Assembly (NCBI GenBank): GCA_002256025.1
Contig: NKIB01013551.1
Coordinates: 1-55,650 of the forward strand
DNA length: 55,650 bases
Reading direction: 5' to 3'
From: Asterionella formosa
Taxonomy: Eukaryota
Below the pieces are notes generated by a model. That model had not been told where the DNA came from. It saw only the letters and a list, made by a program, of their open reading frames with translations, and made no database searches. Below, piece after piece: positions 35,101 to 46,344 of the stretch (position 1 is the stretch's first letter; each line of letters starts with the position of its first letter). The position numbers were made by a program, and so were the translations under genes.

Positions 35101-36363
35101 CCAAGCATGTCCACTGTTCCAAGTGAAGGACCAAGCAATTCATACTCTCCCAGTGATGTTACAAGCATCTCAGCAATTCCCAGCAACAATCCAAGTGAAT
35201 CAATCATTCCCAGTGAGGTTCCAAGCACTTCACTTGTTCCCAGCATAAAACCAAGCATGTCCCCTCTTCCAAGTGAAGAACCAAGCAATTCATACTCTCC
35301 CAGTGATGGTTCAAGCATATCCCATGTGCCCAGCAACATTCCAAGTGTATCCATGATTCCCAGTTACAATCCAAGAAATTCATTCCAATTTGATCCAGAA
35401 ATGATCCCAACTAATACATCTGTTTCAATCGCAATTTCAGTAGATGTAAGTTCACTTCCAAGGGTCAAATTTGGTAACCTTAATGGTTTTGCCATCTACC
35501 GCTGTGATCCTACTACCGGAATTCCTTTCAGCTCAGCAGTAGTGAGATTAGCTGATTCTGGTTCAGGAACTGGAGCTGACCAATTTCCTGGGGATTTTAT
35601 ATTTTCTGCAGCTCTTGCTCTTGTGTCAAGTGTGCCTGATGAGGTGTTTGCATTCCAAGCTGTACCTGTATTCAATGATACGGAGGATAGATTTGGGTTA
35701 GGGCGTCATTTGGTCATGACCAAGTTGAATGCAGTGACATCTTACCGAGGTAATGGAACAATTGTCATGGATGGTGGCGGTAATTTTACTCTTGAGACAT
35801 TGTCTGGAGTATCTCTTATAATCACCTATTCCTGGCCAGCAGACATCCCTGACTTAGATACTGGAACTGAATTTCTGGGATCAACTGTGGGATATGACTG
35901 TGGCTATGTGTCAAGGTACTTCAATTTTTCTGGTGACAACACAGACTTAGGAGGATCTGAAACAGTGATAGTATTACTTGGAAAGTTTTATGATGAAACC
36001 AATTATACAAGAGGCACTGAGAATATTATAAACCTGAATGCAGGATGGTACACAGGAAAAAATGGCACTGGACCTGCACTAGTATCAATATATGTTGAAC
36101 AGAATGATGCCAGCAATGACAAAATTTGGAGGAGCACTACATTAACTACAGCTATCAATCCAGGTTACCAAAATTCCTGTGCCAGTACAAAAGTTGCAAC
36201 AGTGACAGTTGTTGATGATGGCCAAAATGTTACATTCATCCTTACCCCATATAATTCTCCTAATATTCCAAGCATCACACCAAGCACATCTCCTATTCCA
36301 AATGAAGGACCAAGCAACTCTGACTCTCCCAGCAATGTTCCAAGTGTTTCTAAATTTAATTAA
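29134..36363 (+). CDS. Giant repetitive secreted/cell-surface protein (mucin/adhesin-like), probably 3'-truncated
   Basis: 2409-aa ORF; hydrophobic signal-like segment ending VESA; K-rich tract; 203-aa Cys-containing repeats; 59-aa PST repeats; PSxxPS repeats; duplicated globular module; many RXL motifs. Confidence 0.85.
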   Translation: MKIHSRQCEGKEEKLKGEVGRVLARFQAHDMFPSTDEAHAVTDECNLETPCLLLDIHSPLSRRSKLVKVRRSLSIAFFVVTQLLLLLKVESAKNPEISHPEETFKTRTQPIASPAVIRKQKWAFIESDRIGEQKDGVEDVVERSMAKDTVCEDLPPSPFQYEVSATLTGHPDLVSTDQLSELELLFMESYNSFSSEDCGNGTFRVLTSVVSVWNETDLRDGFLNRNGSAVSFGLRFLIQGLCSGCGGDMRLFADDNAERGLKIHRVKGSKSVDNNMDDESKTKKKKGKNKRGNGKTQKRSKKSSKKGKNKGNGKSTGTSVKTYSPSPSITPSEIDMHPCYTCLPPSGFTSRFNSFVRSSFVISFVDRVDYVVVLKSESVACNRKDEFESFLVINFVGNPSKATPSQITVVEQGIVDTFNNLNSLNNATCDLLFRRLTDALAIEVDISSGYKGRSLKRVHSIVTRALTRKPTQSSGSFSYRFRVTGSCQGCNRNSTLFHDTVRRSLSLSSFGIYNSHGRRVQLGAANDCYCPVLSENRAPTIDEFETSFKMNIQSLVEGGLLNSNFIADVVTNKTFEVEPEMCPAPVDFESFLDVGFVGDPSQATPSQISVLEQEIVNSFNTLNSRNNETCDLLFRRLTDALAIKGNISNGSNRRSLQTVQIVVTRAPTRKPTQRGSSFSYRFRISGTCRGCSSNSRLFDDAVRRQLLLLPTSDSTSNTHDRGLQVTGGNDCYCPVLSENRAPTIDEFETSFMMNIQSLVDGGLLNSNFISGVVTSNTFEVEPEMCPAPVDFESFLDIGFVGDPSQATPSQISVLEQEVVDTFNTLNSRNNETCDLLFRRLTDALAIKGNISNGSNRRSLQTVQIVVTRAPTRKPTQRGSSFSYRFRISGTCRGCSSNSRLFDDAVRRQLLLLHTYDSTSNTHDRGLQVTGGNDCYCPVLSENRAPTIDEFSDLFQIMIQRLAEDGVLDPLFISGFTGEISEVLTSFAPLATPSLSNTSPPTATEIPSISGSGITPTTLPFVPSPVFRSSAPTQTEAPNSATTMPSSSGGSVVPTISSTSANTDSPTTTTTSELTLGPVGVPTGALINNTLVPIQETSTPSPSPSSSPLSVATLLPTVVARRDVSSNFFDLSLSLIGISSLSPIEVHLFTNYTRGYLNAAFESEYQNPPMLLAVNVTSLSSQNTNQSVRFLAEASINKITLTIRILTEQIGPNPLSAAEQLNRSKMYLLDPAYLLGLSMIPGFSSILEISIGQTSIPTSNPVINVTTGPTATPLESPITSPMIIIPQTSVPSNSFVAPSSIPTLAATTPSPTIASPETAVPTDTPSIFITAGPTATPSGSPIIIPQTSAPSNSFVAPSSIPTLVATTPSPTIASPEAAVPTDTPSILITAGPTATPSGSPIIIPQTSAPSNSFVAPSSIPTLVATTPSPTIASPEAAVPTDTPSILITAGPTATPSGSPIIIPQTSAPSNSFVAPSSIPTLVATTPSPTIASPETAVPIDTPSIFITAGPTATPSRSPIQFPVPSEGPSNSDPPTYGPSISAIPSNNPSASIIPSEVPSTSLVPSIKPSMSPLPSEEPSNSYSPSDGSSISHVPSNIPSVSMIPSYNPRNSFQFDPEMIPTNTSVSIAISVDVSSLPRVKFGNLNGFAIYRCDPTTGIPFSSAVVRLADSGSGTGADQFPGDFIFSAALALVSSVPDEVFAFQAVPVFNDTEDRFGLGRHLVMTKLNAVTSYQGNGTIVMDGGGNFTLETLSGVSLIITYSWPADIPDLDTGTEFLGSTVGYDCGYVSRYFNFSGDNTDLGGSETVIVLLGKFYDETNYTRGTENIINLNAGWYTGKNGTGPALVSIYVEQNDASNDKIWRSTTLTTAINPGYQNSCASTKVATVTVVDDGQNVTFILTPYNSPNIPSITPSTSPIPNEGPSNSDSPSNVPSISHVPSNNPSASYIPSDITSISHVPSNNPSMSSVPSEGPSNSYSPSEFPSTSLVPSIKPSMSTVPSEGPSNSYSPSDVTSISAIPSNNPSESIIPSEVPSTSLVPSIKPSMSPLPSEEPSNSYSPSDGSSISHVPSNIPSVSMIPSYNPRNSFQFDPEMIPTNTSVSIAISVDVSSLPRVKFGNLNGFAIYRCDPTTGIPFSSAVVRLADSGSGTGADQFPGDFIFSAALALVSSVPDEVFAFQAVPVFNDTEDRFGLGRHLVMTKLNAVTSYRGNGTIVMDGGGNFTLETLSGVSLIITYSWPADIPDLDTGTEFLGSTVGYDCGYVSRYFNFSGDNTDLGGSETVIVLLGKFYDETNYTRGTENIINLNAGWYTGKNGTGPALVSIYVEQNDASNDKIWRSTTLTTAINPGYQNSCASTKVATVTVVDDGQNVTFILTPYNSPNIPSITPSTSPIPNEGPSNSDSPSNVPSVSKFN
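30290..31983 (+). repeat. Coding tandem repeat with 609-bp (203-aa) period, ~2.8 copies
   Basis: GATTGCTATTGTCCAGTC recurs at ~30712, 31321 and 31930; the last two units are near-identical. Confidence 0.9.
32980..33685 (+). repeat. Coding tandem repeat with 177-bp (59-aa) period, 4 copies
   Basis: GCAGGACCTACTGCTACC at 33121, 33298, 33475 and 33652. Confidence 0.9.
33745..36350 (+). repeat. Near-identical ~1.2-kb coding duplication with 1419-bp period
   Basis: Identical antisense ORFs at 33785 and 35204 (offset 1419); the only difference noticed in the core is TACCAAG vs TACCGAG (Q/R). Confidence 0.9.
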
Positions 36364-36434
36364 ATTTTTTTCTTCTTAGTAATTTAGTCCCCTTATATAT
36401 TTTTTCTTGTAGGGGACTATTGTTATTATCTACT

Positions 36435-36690
36435 ATGAAAGAGGGGTCAAGGGAGACTGACAGGGGATGAGGAAAACTGACGAGGGAACAGAGAGAGTGA
36501 CAGGGAAGAGGGAGAGTGACAGGGGACAAGTGAGACTGACAGGAGATGAGGGAGACAGACAGGAGATGAGGAAAACTGACAGGGGAAAAGGGAGACAGAT
36601 AGGGGAAGAGGGAGACTGACAGGGGACAAGGGAGACTGACAATGTCAATGAATAAGGAGAGAAGGGAAAGGGTGAGTCTGAAAACTGACA
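36435..36690. repeat. Purine-rich minisatellite (GGGAGACTGACAGGGGA-like units)
   Basis: Repeated GAGACTGACAGG / GGAAAACTGAC units. Confidence 0.8.
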
Positions 36691-38599
36691 TCTACAACGC
36701 CAATTACTGGTACAGCAACAAAAAAAACACTAGTCAAATATGATCAATGAAAATTATTATTTGGGTGGCCCAATATGACGAATTTATCTACGTACATAAT
36801 TTAAGGGTATGACATCACATAAAAATATGATGCATCATACAATTTATATGAATGGAGTAGATTGAAATAGTTTTGACAACTTCCATAATTACTTTAGAAA
36901 CCCACATAATTTCTGGGGCCAAATGACAATATATTCTTGTAACACAAAGAAACATTTGTTCAGTAATAATCTCTATAAAATGCTACTTTTCTCAACAATT
37001 CGCAACATTTCCGTTCACAAATATTCTTCACTCTGACTACCAATAATTCTGTTAGTTTGCTCCCATTTTATCTTTACTTTGATCACATTAATACCTCATG
37101 GGTAAACAAATAGATATGCTATTTAAACAAATAATTATGTGTAACCAATCAATGTTTAGATTTCATTTTACAATCGCAAAATCAATCAAATTAATTGCTT
37201 TGCTATATAGTTTATATTGATACTTTCAATAGAATGCGATTCTCAATCCAATACAACAAGCAATGGATGTTCATTCTTGCAGCTGGATGCTGTAACTAAT
37301 CGCAAGATTGCTTGGCTACTCATACTTGCAGGAGTCCCTGTTACTACTAATGGCAGATCAATTCATAGCAAGTGAGCCGGTTGCTCAGCATTCCCATTGC
37401 TCAGATTGATTGTCTGTGCGTTGTAGAAAGAGGGCAACATTTGCAGAGTGAGTTGATGAGAAAACAAAAGTTGCGAAGCCATGATTTCGGTTCTGTTGTG
37501 CTCCTTACCATGTTCCCCAATGGCTAACCCAGCCCTCATCAAATTGATTATCTGCAATCAGTGAACAACAATTGCAGAGTGAATCGTTTTCATTGTGCTT
37601 ACCATGATGCCTGATTCCCAACAAATCTCTTGCTAAACAGATTGATTGTCTGTAGACAAAGAACAGCATTTACAGAGTAAGTTCATGATCAACAAGAAAC
37701 AAGCACACAATCAAGCCCTTCTTCTAATTCATGAAAAAAGCAATGCATGCGCTAACAATTCCAAACAAAGACGAAGGAGAACAGGAGAGGAGAGGAGAGT
37801 AGATCAACTTCAACAAGTAACAGCCACCACAGTAACCACAGAACTACAATAGTTTCAACAACTTCCATATTTTTTTAGAAACCAACATAATTTTTGTGGC
37901 CACAATATTTTTTATGTCTGATCAGATAATTTCTTGAGTGCCAACGTCTGCAAATATAAAGTATCATGCATATAGGATCAAGGGTATTGTACGCTAAGTG
38001 GTACAGGATTATCGTATAGATGATAATTTTTGGATCAAAAATATGATCAAGGTATCTTGAAACTATGATGATTTATTAATATTTTACCGACCTTGAAGTA
38101 TAATGATAATAAGAACATTATCATCACACAATGTATATAAACTGATCAACAACATTTCCCATCAATATCATAAACCTTCTCATATTATTTTCACTTCTTG
38201 TGATCGCCCGATGTAAATTATAACTACAACGTATCCTAAAACAAGCTCAACTCTATGCTATCATGTGAATTGTTTCATCGTAAATCTATCGTAAACATGA
38301 TCATAAATCTAATCACAAGCATTGTTCAAAATAGATTGAAATGGATCGTAATTTAACTATCAAATTAAGCAATGCTATCTATTAATCTACATGCCAGCGA
38401 CCCAACGTTTCTCTTTCTACTTGGCTCAATGTAAATTGTTCCTGTCTCACCCTTTTCTTCCTCTTTTCTGAATCTTGTCCCAAGCAATGCCTTACTAATG
38501 TTGTGTCTCTCTCCCTGCTGTAAGTGTCATTGTGAACTCGCCGGCTATACCGTTTGATCGGTTTTATTTTCCTAGAAGGAAGAAAAAAAGTTGATGGAT

Positions 38600-41000
38600 G
38601 GCAAATAGTATCTCTTTTGCCAGACATTTAAATCAGTGATCTGGAGAAACAGATAAATAATAAGTTGTTATCTGGTGACGACTTGTCCTTAGTATGTAGA
38701 CTCAAATTATACCATTCTGTTACAGGATTTCTATTGTCGCCTGCCTTTCGAAGAGCGATCCAAACAAGTCATACGATATTTGGGTTCATGGTCTTGTTAT
38801 GACAAAACTTTATTTCCAGATTGGAATGATCATTGGTGATACAGAAGAACACAATAAAATTTGTGGCTTCAGGTGTGGTAATGGATTATTTCGACGATAT
38901 GTTTGTCGTGATTGCCTGGTTTCAACGGAAGATGCTGATAATCCTGATATTGGATATGAACGTCGTAAAGTGTCAGATGTTAAAAAGTTTTTAAACAAAT
39001 TTCTTGACAAAAATGCATATCCCGATGGAAAATTACCATGTCTCCCACCTGAGTATTGTGTCTCCCAATCTAATGGCAGATACGCAACAGCAAACGAGTG
39101 GTGCCGTGATATATCGCATAATCCTATTATGCCTGCACTAATAAATCGTTTTTTTGGTAGTGACTTAGAAGGACTATTTGGTGCAACTCCATTTGAGGTT
39201 CTTCATCAAATACTACTTGGAATATTTAAGTACATTTTGGAATCTTTGTACAATTATCGGACTATCCCTGAAGAATGGACATGTTTTTTAAAGAAAAAAA
39301 TCTCCAGATATTCCAGAAAACATCTCCAATCATAAACGTATCACTGAAACAACAGACTCTGCTTTTCTTGATCAAGAGCAACCGAAGAAACGGGCAAAGA
39401 CCAAAAAGGACACACGCACCAATTATCAAAAATATCTACACTGGCAAAAATCAAGACCCAACACTTGTACCAGCGCGCACCAGAAATGTATTTTCGAAAC
39501 TATACATCGAACAAAGTGCTAGATATATCAATAGTCATTTGGAAAGCAAGGCAAAGCGATCGTGATATTCCAAAATTGTCATACAGATCTGGGATGACTG
39601 CTTTGTCGAAATGTCAGGGCAAGAAATTCCCGGATTATGTCTGTTAACTATTTTTTCAATGGGTGGAATGATGGGTTCAGAGAACATGCACCTAGAAAAG
39701 GATTTCACATTGCTGTTATGGTTATGTATATCTATCAATGAAACTTTATTCACACCACAATATACATCAACATGTATTGATATTTTAGAGGAAAGGGTGA
39801 AGAGATTTATGTGAGTTACTAAGATTATGATTGGTCCCCAACGAGAAATGATATCTCAAATTGGCTTACGAATGGGAAAATTTCATGGAATGAAACATTA
39901 CCCTCATCTGATTAGGAAGTTCGGATCTCCTCTTAATTTCTATGGTGGATATTTGGAGTCTTTTTTGAAAGACAGATTGAAACGACCCAGTATGCGTGTC
40001 AACGGACAATTACATCGATTAAAGCATGACATTTTAACAAAGTCATATGAAGCAAGGCAGTTTGCCTTGGAACGAAAAATTGTTTTTGTAAGTGATTCAT
40101 TATATACAGAAAACAAACAAAAGAAGATGAGTAAAGTATACATCAATGTAACTGAGGGTATTTCAACAGAAATTGATTTCGAAGGAATGATTCCGGATAC
40201 AATGATGTTGCCTAGTAGGTCGCCTGAAAATTTTGGAATATCGCCTACCAAGATCCATTCACCATCCCTTCCTGTTAAAGTTCAATTCTCTGCTTCATCA
40301 TCAAATGGTCTATGGACTATAGCAGGTGTCCCTAGCTAATAATATTGGGCATGTATCAAGGAGAATGGATGCACCCTTGTCTCAATTGGTTCACCCTGAT
40401 TTACCAAAGTGGGCCAACTAAATAAAGTGCATTGCGAATTCAGCAATAGAAATAGCAAGAATAAAAAGTCTTTAAGATGGGGTTGGTCTGAGCTGTTTCC
40501 ATTGCAAGGATTGACTTTTATTATCATGTTAAAATTGAAAATAACGTTCATAGCCAAACTGCTATTCTCAGATGCCATCCGAAATGGAATAATGATTCAA
40601 ATGTAGGAATCTCTGGTCGTGAATGGTTTGACTGGGTCGAAGTGCAAGTGAACTGGGAGAAGGGAGATGGATCAAGTTCCTACTCAGTTCCTGCAAAACT
40701 ACTTCTTTGGGTAAATGTTATTTTCTCCAACACAACAGCCATTCTCTTAGCGTGTATTCGTTCCTTGAAAAGTTCAACTGAAATGAAAATTCATAAATGT
40801 ATGTTTTTTGCAAGAGGAGACACCTTATGCAATGATACAACTGAATTGAGTGTTGTTGAATTTCATTACATACTTTCGGCAGCATTTGTTGTTCCTGCTT
40901 TGAAACCACAGGAATTAAGGCAAGGAAATCTCTGAAACACACCGCAAGAAGTTTTGGAACAGATACGGAAAGATAATTTTTATGTTGCCATGCCTCCACG
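38600..41000 (+). pseudogene. Fragmented Plavaka/CACTA-like transposase (middle and C-terminal parts)
   Basis: IIGDTEEHNKICG..CRDC, ATPFEVLHQILLGIFKY, KFHGMKHYPHLIRKFGSPLNFYGGYLESFLK..LKRP and ILRCHPKW..REWFDWVEV occur in order across frameshifts and stops. Confidence 0.72.
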
Positions 41001-42597
41001 TAATTTATGGAAATCAATCGGGGGGGGGACCAAAAACTAACAATCGAACGTTGATAAATATATAAGAATAATATAAATGATAATGGTAACAATATGGTTT
41101 CGCATACTAAATTGGTTATTATGAGGTTTTCACAAACTACAATTTCCTAAGAAATGATTATCCAATGGACCATTATTTGTTCTTTTTCACTCCCAAAGAA
41201 CCTAAGATGGTCCTTCTCGTTTCGTCCGAAACTTTGCTTATCCACTTTTCAACTGCAGTTCGATATGAGTCTGCAAACTTCTTCAATTTGATTCCAGAAG
41301 GGCCATCATCAGATACAATTTTTTTTCAACTTTTTGTCAATTTTGATGCATCCAGAAATTTTGCCAAGAGGTGCTTGATTATACCATTTGAAGGGAGCAA
41401 GTTTGTCATTACTTTGTTGTATCATGAATTTTACGTAGACAACTTCATCCTTCTTGCCGAAAGTATGTAATGAAATTCAACAACACTCAATTCAGTTGTA
41501 TCATTGCATAAGGTGTCTCCTCTTGCAAAAAACATACATTTATCAATTTTCATTTCAGTTGAACTTTTCAAGGAACGAATACACGCTAAGAGAATGGCTG
41601 TTGTGTTGGAGAAAATAACATTTACCCAAAGAAGTAGTTTTGCAGGAACTGAGTAGGAACTTGATCCATCTCCCTTCTCCCAGTTCACTTGCACTTCGAC
41701 CCAGTCAAACCATTCACGACCAGAGATTCCTACATTTGAATCATTATTCCATTTCGGAATTGGTTCACCCTGATTTACCAAAGTGGGCCAACTAAATAAA
41801 GTGCATTGCGAATTCAGCAATAGAAATAGCAAGAATAAAAAGTCTTTAAGATGGGGTTGGTCTGAGCTGTTTCCATTGCAAGGATTGACTTTTATTATCA
41901 TGTTAAAATTGAAAATAACGTTCATGGCCAAACTGCTATTCTCAGATGCCATCCGAAATGGAATAATGATTCAAATGTAGGAATCTCTGGTCGTGAATGG
42001 TTTGACTGGGTCGAAGTGCAAGTTTCGGCAGCATTTGTTGTTCCTGCTTTGAAACCACAGGAATCAAAGAAATCTCTGAAACCGCAAGAAGTTTTGGAAC
42101 AGATACGGAAAGATAATTTTTATGTTGCCATGCCTCCACGTAATTTATGGAAATCAATCGGGGGGGGGACCAAAAACTAACAATCGAACGTTGATAAATA
42201 TATAAGAATAATATAAATGATAATGGTAACAATATGGTTTCGCATACTAAATTGGTTATTATGAGGTTTTCACAAACTACAATTTCCTAAGAAATGATTA
42301 TCCAATGGTCCATTATTTGTTCTTTTTCACTCCCAAAGAACCTAAGATGGTCCTTCTCGTTTCGTCCGAAACTTTGCTTATCCACTTTTCAACTGCAGTT
42401 CGATATGAGTCTGCAAACTTCTTCAATTTGATTCCAGAAGGGCTATCATCAGATACAATTTTTTTTTCAACTTTTTGTCAATTTTGATGCATCCAGAAAT
42501 TTTGCCAAGAGGTGCTTGATTATACCATTTGAAGGGAGCAAGTTTGTCATTACTTTGTTGTATCATGAATTTTACGTAGACAACTTCATCCTTCTTG
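40384..42597. repeat. Complex duplication: A-B-C, inverted B, A-B(deleted)-C
   Basis: A 40384-40577 matches 41758-41951; B 40578-40881 is inverted at 41455-41758 and partial at 41952-42023; C ~40876-41456 matches 42024-42597. Confidence 0.88.
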
Positions 42598-44772
42598 AAA
42601 GAAGAGTTGCAAGGAACTCGTCCAAATACTTCGTTCAACATTTTTAAATCTAAATAGGATGTCAAGATTTTGTCGATACAATATTGAAGAACAGTTATTT
42701 CCAACTGAAACATTTCCTTTCTCACGAATGTTTGTCGTTGTCACTTGAGGCAAAACTGTTCCAAGATGAAAGTATGTTGACTTGGTTGGTGGGTCAGATG
42801 GAATGGATAAGAAATCGTCTGTTCGATCTGTTGCTGCCACCTGACGTTTTAAAGCTTTCCAGGACTCAGTCTCCAAACGGGAATGTGCCCGTTTGCCAAG
42901 AAATTTGGTTTTGCCATTCCTTTCTAATTGCAATAGAGTTTCCAACACTTTCACAATTGTAAAAGGTCCACATGACCATCCACTGTCATCTTCTGGTTGA
43001 AATAACATGGAATCATGCATATTCAGTGGCCATACTGATCTGCAATGGTGCTTTGGTGCCAGCAGTATAGAAAGATTCCGAGAACCCAATTTCTTCAGGT
43101 ATATGGAATTCTTGTGGAAGATAGCTATCCTGTATCGGTGCATAACAATTCCAATTCTTTTCTGCATCCGGGGATGATGCAGTACTTACGGGCAAGGTGA
43201 AATACTTGATCATAGTAATGTTCATCCAAACTTGCATCTTTTCCTGGATCAAGGACTTGACACATAATCCATCATTTATAGCAAAAAGATAATGCACAAA
43301 ATGATTGCTTTGCTTCTCATCTGATCTTTTGAAATACACAATTAGCACATAGTTACTTTCGTGATGAAGTGGATGACAATCACCTTGGTATATATATGGA
43401 TTGTTATTACCCTTTTCTGGGTTCTCATCCAAATCAAATATAGTATAACCTTTACATCACTTGGATGAAGTTCATGAATTATATAATGGATCATAGAGGT
43501 AATTGTTTCAAGGTCCCAATATGCAAAATCTTTAAAATCTGAAGATGATTTCTTGATACCTTTGACGCCATAAAATACAGAGGCGTAATTGCATATATCT
43601 TGCGGGGTACGAGTGTAAAACTCTTTCCACAATTTTAGTTGTCCATGCGATTTCGGCAAACTCAAGGAAAATGCCGTTCGCTTGGCACAATAACTCTACA
43701 CATTTCACTTGCCGACTTTTCACAAAAGTAGCTAGCTGCCTTCTGGATTGTTTTCCATGATTTTACAAAGAAATTCTTTTTCTTCCATGTATGATTTGGA
43801 AAAAGATTCTGACTTTGTTCCTGACTCAGAGGAAAAAGATTCAATTTTGTGTTTCTGAATTTGTTACCTATTCAGAGCATCAACTGCCTTATCCAGTATC
43901 ACATCTCTGTCTGCATTGATCTTCTTGAATTCGAGGTCTTGATCTAGCGCAGACTTTTTCTTGAATATCTTTTCTTTTAGAAATGCAATCGTTTCTCTGC
44001 TTTTAGGATGTTCATCTTGATAATTCTACAAAGAAATTCTTTTTCTTCCATGTATGATTTGGAAAAAGATTCGATTTTGTGTTTCTGACTTTGTTCCCTA
44101 TTCAGAGCATCAACTGCCTTAGCCAGCATCACATTTCTGTCTCCATTGATCTTCTTGAATTCGAGGTCTTGATCTAGCTCAGACTTTTTCTTGAATATCT
44201 TTTCTTTTAGAAATGCAATAGTTTCTCTGCTTTTATGATGTTCATCTTGATGTTCTGGACGGATAGTGAGGTATGTTTCTTGGTTTTGCAACTTTTCAAC
44301 CATTTCTACTTCTGAAGTGTTGTCTGCCACATTTCCGCCGATATTTTCATTCATCGCATGAATTTTCTCATCAAATGAATGAGAATCACTGAGTTCCTCT
44401 TCATTATCAGCGATTTCGGGAGAATTAGGAGCAAAATACGACACTGGATGGTGGTACTGTGACTCTGTACGAATAGAGTCTTTATCCACAAAGACCAACT
44501 GTTTGGGTTTCCTCTTCGAAAGCAATCTTTCCTTCTTTTCAATCTTAGCCACTATTGTATCTGTTGGCATACATCATTATTATTTTTTCTGGAGTGTTAT
44601 GAATCTGTTCAAATTCATTTGATCTTTGAGTGTATTCAAAGGTATCTTTGATTGATTTCATATCTTTCTTCATCTTCTTTTCCGAAAACATAAAGTCGTG
44701 TAGTGTAAACAATGGAAGTAAGTCTCGTTTCTTGTTTGACTGATCCTTTCCATGAAATCCCTGAAATGCCAT
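42300..44772 (-). pseudogene. Fragmented accessory gene of the same element, convergent with the transposase; contains a Ulp1/C48 peptidase-like domain
   Basis: SNHFVHYLFAIND followed by FQPEDDSGWSCGPF (Q..D..CG.F) resembles C48 catalytic motifs; charged coiled N-terminal part; several frameshifts. Confidence 0.55.
43765..44250. repeat. Tandem duplication of ~220-260 bp inside the accessory gene
   Basis: ACAAAGAAATTCTTTT..CTTCCATGTATGATTTGGAAAAAGATTC...GATGTTCATCTTGAT occurs at 43765 and 44028. Confidence 0.8.
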
Positions 44773-46090
44773 TTAGAAAGTTGTCAAATGGCCAAAAGAC
44801 TATGATGTAAAACAGTGGAAGGGAAATGCGGAGCTTTTTGCGGCGCTTGTGGAGCGAGGTGGAACTGGTGTGATGGTAACCGAGTGTAGTAATTGTTGAA
44901 CAGAGCACAGTGTAATATGCATGCTCCGCCAGCATAGTGTTTATACAATACACATGCTGGCATATATATAGCTAAAACAAGGAAAGACGACACGACAATG
45001 AACGTGATTGCTGGTTGTTGAGGATACCGGTATGTGATATGCATCAATCCATATCACAAATCATATTATAGTGATGTACATATCAACGCATCCGTATACT
45101 TAGATCCTAGTATCCACTGTATAATACTATCATATTAAGTGTTGACTTTAACTGTATACATTAAACGACAAACATATATATTAATTAACATACTTTATGA
45201 TTGCTTGATTTATATTCTATGATGTCTTGGTAACATTTGCGTCCATATTTTATCGTATTTTATTGTCATTGTATTATTTGAACATAATCATATTTTGATC
45301 AAAATTATATCATAAATCTGTTGGCATACATCATTATTATTTTTTCTGGAGTATTATGAATCTGTTCAAATTCATTTGATCTTTGAGTGTATTCAAAGGA
45401 ATCTTCGATTGATTTCATAACTTTCTTCATCTTCTTTTCCGAAAACATAAAGTCGTGTAGTGTAAACAATGGAAGTAAGTCTCGTTCCTTGTTTGACTGA
45501 TCCTTTCCATGAAATCCTTGAAATGCCATTTGGAAAGTTGTCAAAGGGCCAGAAGACAATGATGTAAAACAGTGGAAGGGAAACGCGAAGCTTTTTGCGG
45601 AGCTTATTGCGGAGCTTATTGCGGCGCTTGTGGAGGTGGAACTGGTGTGATGGTAAACGAGTGTAGTAATTGTTGAACAGAGCACAGTGTAATATGCATG
45701 TTCCGCCAGCGTAGTGTTTACACAATACACATGCTGGCATATACCGGTATATAGCTAAAACAAGGAAAGACGACATGACAATGAACGTGATGGCTGGTTG
45801 TTGAGGATACCGGTATGTGATATGCATCAATCCATATCACAAATCATATTATAGTGATGTACATATCAACGCATCCGTTTACTTAGATCCTATCCACTGT
45901 ATAATACTATCATATTAAGTGTTGACTTTGAATGTATATATTAAAAAGCGAATTTCTATATTAAGTAACATAATTATGATCTATTTATTTATTTCTGTGA
46001 TGTATCGATAACACTTGCGTACATATTTTATCGTACTTTATTGTCATTGTACTATTTTTCAATAATCATATTTTGATCAAAATTATATCA
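44560..46090. repeat. Diverged tandem duplication of ~760-780 bp covering the 5' end and upstream region of the accessory gene
   Basis: ATCTGTTGGCATACATCATTATT at 44560 and ~45316; both copies end ..TTTTGATCAAAATTATATCAT; paired homologous ORFs appear in the track. Confidence 0.88.
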
Positions 46091-46344
46091 TGTACATTTA
46101 AAAAAATCATCACAGTTCTATGATCGCTGCATCACAGCTAGGTGATGTACTTTATTCATTATTACGTATCATACTTTGGTGATGTATGCATCTGCATCGA
46201 TGTAACCCTATCATGATATCAAATTATCATCTTATCAATCATGATGAGATGATAGGGAAGCAACTGTATTATGCAACGTGCTACGGGGTATGTTATTATA
46301 TTACGCAATTTAGTAGCTAACAAGTCACTCCGCCTGTAATGTAC

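Noticed and set aside
32886..35410. Antisense ORFs rich in G/V/L
   Set aside because: Shadow frames of the PST repeats of the giant + strand gene
41431..41952. 173-aa minus ORF as a real gene
   Set aside because: Chimera created by the inversion junction (antisense A joined to sense B of the transposase)
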